Of a stretch of DNA of 24,000 nt, positions 1 through 6,899 are shown one piece after another (position 1 is the first letter of the stretch; each line of letters starts with the position of its first letter). A program made the position numbers and the translations under genes. The stretch covers positions 3,266,624 through 3,290,623 of the forward strand of contig NZ_CP160404.1 of assembly GCF_045348655.1 (NCBI RefSeq), in the 5' to 3' direction. The notes beneath the pieces were generated by a model. The model worked only from the letters and a program-made list of their open reading frames with translations, had not been told where the DNA came from and did no database searches. The stretch is from Streptomyces solicamelliae. Lineage in GTDB: Bacteria > Actinomycetota > Actinomycetes > Streptomycetales > Streptomycetaceae.

Positions 1-236
1 GCGACGGAGACCCGCTGGTTCTCCTTCTCGGCGGCGTCGAGCGCGGCCTGCGCGGCCTCGGTCGCGGCCTCGATCGTCAGGTGCGTGCTCTGCACGAGGT
101 TGTCGTTGGCGACGTCGGCCTTCATCGCGACGGCGGGGGCGGCAGCCGGGGCGGAGGCGTTCGCGGAGACGGCGCCGAAGGTACCGGCGGCGACGACGGC
201 GGCGGTGGCGGCACCGATCCAGAGCTTCTTCTTCAT
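1..236 (-). CDS. Secreted GlcG/HbpS-like (DUF336) putative haem-binding protein. N-terminal part only; the gene runs off the window start.
   Basis: ATG at 234-236 (minus) is preceded by GAAGGAGA (rc of 241-248). The translation MKKKLWIGAATAAVVAAGTFGAVSANASAPAAAP is a Sec-type signal peptide. It is followed by LVQSTHLTIEAATEAAQAALDAAEKENQRVSV, the N-terminal helix pattern of GlcG/DUF336 proteins. The gene is divergent from a sensor kinase, as in hbpS-senS-senR. It is absent from the ORF track because it is truncated by the window edge. Confidence 0.6.
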   Translation of the reverse strand, partial: MKKKLWIGAATAAVVAAGTFGAVSANASAPAAAPAVAMKADVANDNLVQSTHLTIEAATEAAQAALDAAEKENQRVSV

Positions 237-482
237 GGTGGGTCTCCTTCGAGTCCTCAGGACCTCGGGTCCTCGGCTTCTCAGCGGCGGGATGTCGTTC
301 GCTTCGTCCTCCATGCTGGTGCCGCAGACCGCCCCGTACGGTCCTCGGACCGGCTGCCGTCGGCGCGCGGGACGGCTGACACCGGGGTCAACCGATCGGC
401 TGATGCCGCACTGGTCCCCCGGGGCCACCATGGACCTGTACCACCAGGTCAGAGGTGGTCCCGTGGCAACGGAAGGTGGACG

Positions 483-1631
483 ATGGAGCACGACCCGGAC
501 GCCCGTTGGCTGGCGCGCGTCATGCACCTCGCGTTCTTCCTGCTGCTCGGCGCCTCGCTCGTCCGCTTCCTGCTGCGGCACCCGTGGGAGGACCGCAGCG
601 CGTGGATCATCGCGCTGAGCGGGGTGCTGGCCTCGCTGTACCTGCTGGGCCCGGTGCTCGGCACCCGCGCGACGCCGCGGCGGATCGCCTGGCTGGTGAC
701 GGTGGTCGCGGTGTGGGTGGTGCTCGTGGTGCTCGCGCCGAGCTTCGCGTGGTGCGCCGTGCCGCTCTTCTACACCGGGCTGCGCACGCTGCCGCCGCGC
801 GCCGCGCTCGTCCTGGTCACCCTGCTCACCGTGTTCGTGGTCGCCGCGCAGGTCGACCTCGGCGGCTGGGACCCGAACCTGCTGGTCGCGCCGCCCGCCG
901 TGGCGGCCATCGCCACGGCGGTGTTCGTGCACGCCCAGCGGCAGGCGGACCGGCAGCGGGCCCTGATCAACGACCTGATCCGCACCCGCCGCGAACTCGC
1001 CGCGATCGAACGCCGCGAGGGCACGCTCGCGGAGCGCCAGCGCCTGTCGATGGAGATCCACGACACCCTCGCGCAGGGCCTGTCCAGCCAGCAGATGCTG
1101 CTCCAGGCCGCGGACCGCACCTGGGACAGCGACCCGGACACCGCGCGCCGGCACGTCCGTACCGCCGAGTCGATCGCCGAACACAACCTCGCCGAGGCCC
1201 GCCGCTTCGTGCACGACCTCGCGCCCGCCGACCTCGCGGAGGGCGGCGGCCTGGAGGAGGCGCTGCGGCTGCTCGCCGCCCGCGAGTCGGCCGGCTTCCG
1301 GGTGGACGGGGCGCCCGTCCCCGTACCGGAGCGGGTGCAGTCGGCGCTGCTGCGGATCGCGCAGGGCGCCCTGGCGAACGTCCGCGAGCACGCCGCGGCC
1401 ACCTCGGCCGCGCTGACCCTCACGTACCTCGACGACCAGGTCGTCCTCGACATCGCCGACGACGGCCGCGGCTTCGAACCGTCCCGCACCGGCACGGCGG
1501 GCGTGCGCGGGCACGGCCTGCCCGCGATGCGGGCGCGGGTGCGCCAGCTCGGCGGCGCGCTCACCATTGAGTCGGCCCCCGGCGAGGGCACCGTCCTGTC
1601 CGCCGCGATCCCCTTGGAGACGCAAGAGTGA
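483..1631 (+). CDS. Membrane sensor histidine kinase, HisKA_3/NarL-partner class (SenS-like)
   Basis: This is the in-frame part of ORF 81..1631. ATG 483 follows GGAAGGTGGA. The N-terminus has 5-6 hydrophobic helices (LARVMHLAFFLLLGASLVRFLL etc.). The H-box is RQRLSMEIHDTLAQGLSS. The HATPase_c motifs are ANVREHA, DDGRGF and GHGLPAMRARV..GG.L.IES.PGEGT. The upstream 134 codons are Gly/Arg-rich junk. Confidence 0.85.
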   Translation: MEHDPDARWLARVMHLAFFLLLGASLVRFLLRHPWEDRSAWIIALSGVLASLYLLGPVLGTRATPRRIAWLVTVVAVWVVLVVLAPSFAWCAVPLFYTGLRTLPPRAALVLVTLLTVFVVAAQVDLGGWDPNLLVAPPAVAAIATAVFVHAQRQADRQRALINDLIRTRRELAAIERREGTLAERQRLSMEIHDTLAQGLSSQQMLLQAADRTWDSDPDTARRHVRTAESIAEHNLAEARRFVHDLAPADLAEGGGLEEALRLLAARESAGFRVDGAPVPVPERVQSALLRIAQGALANVREHAAATSAALTLTYLDDQVVLDIADDGRGFEPSRTGTAGVRGHGLPAMRARVRQLGGALTIESAPGEGTVLSAAIPLETQE

Positions 1632-2257
1632 CTTCGGATTCCGTACGCATTCTGCTCTGCGACGACCACGTCGTGGTCCGCGCCGGCCTGCTCGCGCTGC
1701 TCGGCAGCGCCGACGGCATCGAGGTCGTCGGCGAGGCCGGCAGCGGCGAGGAGGCGGTCGCGATGGCCGCGAAGCTGAAGCCGGACGTGGTGCTGATGGA
1801 CCTGCAGCTGGGCGCGGGCATCGACGGCGTGGAGGCGACACGGCGGATCGCCTCGCCGGAGGTGCACGTCCTCGTCCTGACGACGTACGACACGGACGCC
1901 GACATCACGCGGGCGATCGAGGCGGGCGCGACCGGCTACCTGCTGAAGGCGGAGCGCCCCGAGGAGCTGTTCTCCGCGATCCGCTCGGCGGCACAGGGCC
2001 GTACGACCCTGTCGGCGCCGGTGGCCAGCAGGGTCATGGACCGGATGCGCGGCGCGGCCGGCCCCTCGCTGACGGACCGCGAGCGAGACATCCTGGCGCA
2101 GCTCGCCCAGGGCCTCGGCAACCGGGAGATCGCCCGCGCCCTGTTCATCAGCGAGGCCACGGTGAAGACCCACCTGGGCCGCATCTACGCCAAGCTCGGC
2201 GTGGACACCCGCGCCGGCGCGGTGGCGGTGGCGAAGGAGAAGCGGCTGCTGCCGTAG
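1628..2257 (+). CDS. NarL/LuxR-family response regulator (SenR-like)
   Basis: The GTG start overlaps the kinase stop (GTGA at 1628-1631). The receiver domain reads VRILLCDDHVVVRAGL...VVLMDLQL. The C-terminal LuxR HTH reads LTDRERDILAQLAQGLGNREIARALFISEATVKTHLGRIYAKLGV. Confidence 0.9.
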   Translation: MTSDSVRILLCDDHVVVRAGLLALLGSADGIEVVGEAGSGEEAVAMAAKLKPDVVLMDLQLGAGIDGVEATRRIASPEVHVLVLTTYDTDADITRAIEAGATGYLLKAERPEELFSAIRSAAQGRTTLSAPVASRVMDRMRGAAGPSLTDRERDILAQLAQGLGNREIARALFISEATVKTHLGRIYAKLGVDTRAGAVAVAKEKRLLP

Positions 2258-2349
2258 CGCGGCGGCAGGAGGGCCCCTCCGCCGCACGGCGGAGGAGGTC
2301 CGCCGCGCAGGCCGAGGACCGGGGCATCGGGGGCGGCCAGTCTGATGGC

Positions 2350-2859
2350 ATGCCGACGACACCGCAGCTCACCCTCGCCCCGGACCACCTGCGCACCGCC
2401 CGCCGGGCCGCCCGCCTGCTCGCCCTGTGCAGCGTGCCGTCCGGGCTGTGGCGCCTGGCGATGGCGGCGCAACTGCCCGTCGGGTACAGCACGGAGGTGC
2501 TGCGCGACGTGTACGCGATCCCCGGCTGGGGCGTCGCGTACGTCGCCGGCCTCACCGTCCTGCAGGAGTGCGCGGCGCTGCTCCCGCTGCTGGTGGCCAC
2601 CGGCCGGCTCCGCGTCCGGGCCCCCCGCACGGCGGTGCGTACCGGGCGGGTCCTGGCCGCGCTGGTCACCCTGTTCTGCCTGAGCCAGGTGCTGCTGTTC
2701 TTCTTCGTCGCCCCCGACCCGCACCTGTCCTCCTCGGGACGCCCCCTTCTCCTCGCCACGTACGCCCCGCTGGCCGCCACCGGCCCGCTGCTGGCCGTGG
2801 CGACGGCCGCCTACGCCCGCCACCACGGCGTCGCCGCCCGGCGCCGGCGACGGCCGTGA
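2350..2859 (+). CDS. Hypothetical integral membrane protein (about 4 TM helices, 169 aa)
   Basis: This is the first ATG in the frame after the regulator gene. Four hydrophobic segments are visible: LLALCSVPSGLWRLAMAA, GWGVAYVAGLTVLQECAALLPLLVA, VLAALVTLFCLSQVLLFFFVA and LLLATYAPLAATGPLLAVATAAYA. The tail is basic. No family assignment is possible by eye. Confidence 0.55.
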   Translation: MPTTPQLTLAPDHLRTARRAARLLALCSVPSGLWRLAMAAQLPVGYSTEVLRDVYAIPGWGVAYVAGLTVLQECAALLPLLVATGRLRVRAPRTAVRTGRVLAALVTLFCLSQVLLFFFVAPDPHLSSSGRPLLLATYAPLAATGPLLAVATAAYARHHGVAARRRRRP

Positions 2860-3395
2860 CACACCCCCGTCCCGGCCGTGACACCATCGACTACGTGCTC
2901 GACATCGGCTACTCCCTCTCCCGCCGCTTCCCGGACCCGCCGCAGACGGACTACCGCCGCGCGGACGTCCACGCCCTGCGCCACGACCTGTTCTGCGGCG
3001 ACGTGTACCTCGCCGACACGAAGGCGGACCGCGAGGTGTCCACAGCCTGGGGATGGGTCCCGGTGCTGGACTTCGCCTGGGCGCTGTGCGACATCGTCGA
3101 GCAGCTCGACCGCGACCCGCGCGGCAGCCGCGCCTCCCAGCCCCAGTACGCCGAGATCGACTTCACCGAGTCCACCGACCGGATGCTCTTCGAGCGCCGC
3201 TTCGGCTGGGTCGACGTCGAGGCCGACTGGATGCCCGGCGACGAGGCCCCGCTCACCTTCAACCACGCCGCACTGCGCCGCGAGTCCCGCGACTTCCTCC
3301 ACGACCTCCTCGCCGACCTCACCGACATGCACGAGGGCCTCGCCGACAACCCCGCGATCTGGACCCTCCAGTCCCGCTTCCCCCGCCTCCCCTGA
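2856..3395 (+). CDS. Hypothetical acidic cytoplasmic protein (179 aa), translationally coupled to the preceding membrane protein
   Basis: GTG 2856 overlaps the upstream stop (GTGA at 2856-2859). The coding-looking sequence is DTIDYVLDIGYSLSRRFPDPPQTDYRRADVHALRHDLFCGDVYLAD...WGWVPVLDFAWALCDIVEQL...FERRFGWVDVEADW. An alternative start is GTG 2895. The first 143 codons of track ORF 2427..3395 overlap the membrane gene out of frame and are rejected. Confidence 0.55.
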   Translation: MTHPRPGRDTIDYVLDIGYSLSRRFPDPPQTDYRRADVHALRHDLFCGDVYLADTKADREVSTAWGWVPVLDFAWALCDIVEQLDRDPRGSRASQPQYAEIDFTESTDRMLFERRFGWVDVEADWMPGDEAPLTFNHAALRRESRDFLHDLLADLTDMHEGLADNPAIWTLQSRFPRLP

Positions 3396-3799
3396 CGGGC
3401 TGCGCCTCCTCCTTCCCCGAACCGCCCCTGCCGTGCCCGGCACCCCCGCGCCGTACGCCTTCCCTCCCGGCAGCCCCCGCCGAGGGCCCGCCGCCCCGAT
3501 CACCGCGCAGGGCCCCCGGCCCGACGCGCCACCCGGCCTCGCGGCGGGTACCGCACCGCGCCGCGAGCGGATGCACCCCGAGCGTCCCGGACCACCCCGG
3601 CCGTCCCGGAACCCCCCGCCCCGACGCCGGCCGACCGCCCCGCTTCGCCGCGGGCCCCGGCCACGTCCTCCCGGTCGTCACTTCACCCAGCACCACTCAG
3701 TGTGACGTGCACCACTGACAACGCCCCCGATGTCACGAACCGCGCCGCCTCGGCCGTCGTATGCGTGACACCTCAGGGATCCGTGAAGGGACAGCAGCC

Positions 3800-4957
3800 A
3801 TGCAGCAGAACCTCACCGTCGTCGGCGGCGGCTTCGCCGGACTCACCGCCGCCATCACCGCCGCCGAGGCCGGCGCCCGCGTCACCCTGCACGAGGCGCA
3901 CGACACGCTCGGCGGGCGGGCGCGGACGGCCGAAGGCCCGTACAAGACCAACGAAGGCCCCCACGCCATCTACAACGGCGGACCCCACTGGACCTGGCTC
4001 AAGCAGCGCGACCTGCTCGGACCGCTCGCCACGCTGCCCCCGCTCGAAGCCGCCCGCTTCCGGTTCCACCGCAACGGCGCCCTGCGCCGCACGCCGCCGC
4101 TCGGCTTCCTCCGGCAGACCCTCCGGACCCCCGAACAGGCACCCGTCGACGTCGACTTCCTCACCTGGGCCGGCCGCGTCGCCGGCCCCGACACCGCCCG
4201 CGTCGCCGCCCACTACAGCGGCGTCGCGCTCTTCCACCACGACCCCGGCGCGCTCTCCGCCCGCTTCGTCCAGGAGCGGCTGCACCGCGCCGCCTCCCTG
4301 CCGCCCGAGGCGCACTACATCCGCGGCGGCTGGGGACAGCTCATCGAGCGGATGGCCGCCCGCGCCTGGAACCTCGGCGTCCACATCGAGGTCGGCTCCC
4401 GCGTCGACTCCCTGCCCGACGGCCCCGTCGTCCTCGCCACCTCCCTCCCCGCGGCCGCCCGCCTCCTCGGCGAACCCGGCCTGACCTGGGAGAGCGGCCG
4501 TACCGTCCTCCTCGACCTGGCGCTGCGCACCCGCAAGGGCGACCCGTTCGTGATCTCCGACCTCGACGCGCCCGGCTGGGTGGAACGCTTCACCGCCCAG
4601 GACCCCGGCCTCGCCCCGGCCGGCCAACAGCTCATCCAGGCCCAGCTGCCGATCGGCCCCAAGGGCTCCAAGGCCGACGGCGTCGCCCACGCCGAACGCC
4701 TCCTCGACCTCGGCTTCCCCGGCTGGCGCGAGCGCACCGTCTGGCGCCGCGAGGCCGTCGCGTCCGGCCGTACCGGCGCGGTCGACCGCCCCGGCACCAC
4801 CTGGCGCGACCGGCCCGCCATCGACCGCGGCGAGGGCGTCTACCTCGTCGGCGACCAGGTCGCGGCGCCCGGTGTGCTCTCCGAGGTCTCCTTCAACAGC
4901 GCCATCGAGGCCGTCTCGCTCGCCCTCAAGCACGCCGGCACCCCTCTGGCAGCGTGA
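3800..4957 (+). CDS. NAD(P)/FAD-dependent oxidoreductase (amine-oxidase / phytoene-desaturase-like fold)
   Basis: ATG 3800 follows GAAGGGA (3784-3790). The N-terminal Rossmann dinucleotide motif is LTVVGGGFAGLTAAITAAEAGARVTLHEAHDTLGGRA. Third-position GC is high throughout. Confidence 0.8.
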   Translation: MQQNLTVVGGGFAGLTAAITAAEAGARVTLHEAHDTLGGRARTAEGPYKTNEGPHAIYNGGPHWTWLKQRDLLGPLATLPPLEAARFRFHRNGALRRTPPLGFLRQTLRTPEQAPVDVDFLTWAGRVAGPDTARVAAHYSGVALFHHDPGALSARFVQERLHRAASLPPEAHYIRGGWGQLIERMAARAWNLGVHIEVGSRVDSLPDGPVVLATSLPAAARLLGEPGLTWESGRTVLLDLALRTRKGDPFVISDLDAPGWVERFTAQDPGLAPAGQQLIQAQLPIGPKGSKADGVAHAERLLDLGFPGWRERTVWRREAVASGRTGAVDRPGTTWRDRPAIDRGEGVYLVGDQVAAPGVLSEVSFNSAIEAVSLALKHAGTPLAA

Positions 4958-4960
4958 GGC

Positions 4961-4991
4961 TTGACCTCAACTTTGCTTGAGGGTGAAGGCT
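4961..4991 (+). promoter_or_regulatory. SoxR-box (MerR-type) promoter: -35 TTGACC, 19-bp spacer containing the dyad CCTCAA-N6-TTGAGG, -10 AAGGCT
   Basis: The sequence is TTGACCTCAACTTTGCTTGAGGGTGAAGGCT. The dyad at 4965-4982 matches the E. coli soxS operator CCTCAAGTTAACTTGAGG in both 6-bp arms. It has the same overlap with the -35 element and the same 19-bp spacer. It lies about 45 nt upstream of the quinone oxidoreductase ATG. Confidence 0.65.
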
Positions 4992-5037
4992 GGGCTCACC
5001 GACAAGAAGCGCCCCGTCCACGCAGGGAGAGCCCACC

Positions 5038-6021
5038 ATGCACGCCATCCGCCTCCACGCCTTCGGCCCCGCCGAGAACCTCACCTACGAGGAGACCGAC
5101 ACCCCCACCCCCGGCCCCGGCCAGGTCCGCATCGCCGTCGCCGCGGCCGGGGTCCACGTCGTCGACACCTCCCTGCGCCGCGGCGACACCGGCGGCCCCT
5201 TCCCCGCCCCCGAACTCCCCACCGTCCCCGGCCGCGAGGTCGCCGGCACCGTCGACGCCCTCGGCGAAGGCACCGACCCCACCTGGCTCGGCCGCCGCGT
5301 CGTCGCCCACCTCGGCTACGCCCCCGGCGGCTACGCCGAGGCCGCCGTCACCGACGCCGACCGCCTCCACCCGCTCCCCGACGACCTCGGCCCCGCAGAG
5401 GCCGTCGCCATGATCGGCACCGGCCGTACCACCCTCGGCGTCCTCCAGTTCGCCGAACCCGGCCCCGACACCGTCGCGATCGTCACCGCCGCCGCCGGCG
5501 GCATCGGCACCCTCCTCGTCCAGTACGCCAAGAACGCCGGCGCCACCGTCATCGGCCTCGCCGGCGGCCCCGCCAAGACCGCCCGCGTCCGCGACAACGG
5601 CGCCGACCTCGCCGTCGACTACACCCTCCCCGACTGGCCCGCCCGCGTACGGGAGTTCCTCGGCGACCGCACCGCCACCACCGTCTTCGACGCCGTCGCC
5701 GGCGACACCGCCCGCGCCGCCGTCGACCTCCTCGGCCCCGGCGGCACCCACCTCGCCTACGGCTGGGCCCCCGACGCCGCCCCCCTCACCTTCACCGACG
5801 AGGAACTCGCCACCCACGGCATCACCTCCGTCACCCCCCTCGGCCCGCAGATGCTCGACAAGGCCGGCGGCCTCCGCGCCCTCGAGACCCGCTCCCTCGC
5901 CGAAGCCGCCACCGGCCGCCTCCGCCCCGCCGTCCACCCCTTCCCCCTCGCCGAGGCTGCCGCCGCCCACCGAGCCCTGGAGACCCGCGGCACCACGGGA
6001 AAGGTCGTCCTGATCCCGTAG
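5038..6021 (+). CDS. Zinc-type alcohol dehydrogenase / NADPH:quinone oxidoreductase (MDR superfamily)
   Basis: The 327-aa translation reads MHAIRLHAFGPAENLTYEETDTPTPGPGQVRIAVAAAGVHVVDTSLRRG...PGREVAGTV. The nucleotide-binding stretch is AIVTAAAGGIGTLLVQYAKNAGATVIGLAG and the C-terminus is GKVVLIP. RBS GGGAGAG lies at 5025-5031. Confidence 0.9.
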   Translation: MHAIRLHAFGPAENLTYEETDTPTPGPGQVRIAVAAAGVHVVDTSLRRGDTGGPFPAPELPTVPGREVAGTVDALGEGTDPTWLGRRVVAHLGYAPGGYAEAAVTDADRLHPLPDDLGPAEAVAMIGTGRTTLGVLQFAEPGPDTVAIVTAAAGGIGTLLVQYAKNAGATVIGLAGGPAKTARVRDNGADLAVDYTLPDWPARVREFLGDRTATTVFDAVAGDTARAAVDLLGPGGTHLAYGWAPDAAPLTFTDEELATHGITSVTPLGPQMLDKAGGLRALETRSLAEAATGRLRPAVHPFPLAEAAAAHRALETRGTTGKVVLIP

Positions 6022-6039
6022 GGGCAGCAGGAGAAACGA

Positions 6040-6074
6040 GAGCGGCCCGGTCCGCCGACGGAACCGGGCCGCTC
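6040..6074. terminator. Hairpin between convergent genes (12-bp stem GAGCGGCCCGGT / ACCGGGCCGCTC, 11-nt loop)
   Basis: A perfect inverted repeat is seen directly. It sits between the stop at 6021 (+) and the stop at 6105 (-). Confidence 0.6.
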
Positions 6075-6104
6075 CCGACCACCACGAACAGAGGACTCGA
6101 GGAC

Positions 6105-6584
6105 CTACTCTCCCCCCGCCCCCAAAGCCCCCAACGCCCCGTCCGTCAGCCGGTACACCGTCCACTCGTCCTGCGGCCGCGCGCCCAGCGACTCGTAGAA
6201 CGCGATCGACGGCGCGTTCCAGTCGAGGACCGACCACTCCAGCCGCTCGTACCCGCGCTCCACGCAGATCCGCGCCAACTGCGTCAGCAACGCCTTCCCG
6301 TACCCGCCGCCCCGGTGCTCCGGACGCACGTACAGGTCCTCGAGATAGATCCCGTGCACCCCCCGCCACGTCGAGAAGTTGAGGAACCACAGACAGAACC
6401 CCGCGACCTCCCCCTCCGCGGTCTCCGCGATGTGCGCGAACGCCGCCGGCCGCTCCCCGAACAGCGCCTCGTGAAGCTGCGCCTCCGTCGCCCGCGCCTC
6501 GTCGAGCGCCTTCTCGTACTCCGCGAGCTCACGGACCATCGCGTGAATGACAGGAACATCTGCAGGTGTAGCCGTACGAATCAT
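6105..6584 (-). CDS. GNAT-family N-acetyltransferase (diamine/spermidine acetyltransferase-like)
   Basis: The start is ATG at 6582-6584 (MIRTATPADVPVIHAMVRELAEYEKAL...). The acetyl-CoA motif is YVRPEHRGGGYGKALLTQL. The 87 codons upstream in track ORF 6105..6845 are Arg/Gly/Pro-rich and contain the 9-bp repeat; they are rejected. Confidence 0.85.
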   Translation of the reverse strand: MIRTATPADVPVIHAMVRELAEYEKALDEARATEAQLHEALFGERPAAFAHIAETAEGEVAGFCLWFLNFSTWRGVHGIYLEDLYVRPEHRGGGYGKALLTQLARICVERGYERLEWSVLDWNAPSIAFYESLGARPQDEWTVYRLTDGALGALGAGGE

Positions 6585-6678
6585 GGGATCAGCATGAGTC
6601 CCCGACCGCCTACCGTGCCAGCAGCGTCCGCGCGATGGACACCTGTACCGCGTCCAGCACGGCCTCCCCGTTCTCCCC

Positions 6679-6719
6679 GTCCTCGGCGTCCTCGGCGTCC
6701 TCGGCGTCCTCGGCGTCCC
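6679..6719. repeat. 9-bp tandem repeat (GTCCTCGGC) x4 plus a partial fifth unit
   Basis: Read directly as gtcctcggc gtcctcggc gtcctcggc gtcctcggc gtccc. It lies in the 315-bp gap between the divergent GNAT and FAD-oxidoreductase genes. Confidence 0.9.
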
Positions 6720-6899
6720 ACAACGCGTTCTGCAGCACCCGCCCGAGCGTCCACGCCCGCCCCGCTCACGGTCGACAAAAGCCCGCCCCGCAGCCCCCTT
6801 GAACCCAACCTGCGTCTCCACCGGCTCTTCCGGAATCCGGATCACACCAGAATGCTAGGCACCAGCAACTCCACCCTCCCCCGGCTCACGAGGAACACC

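Noticed and set aside
3319-3705. ORFs in the C-rich tract (3319..3696 minus, tail of 2878..3705 plus, 3053..3718 plus)
   Set aside because: The translations are pure Gly/Arg or Pro/Arg low complexity. There are no SD sequences and no domain-like segments. The compositional skew explains the open frames.
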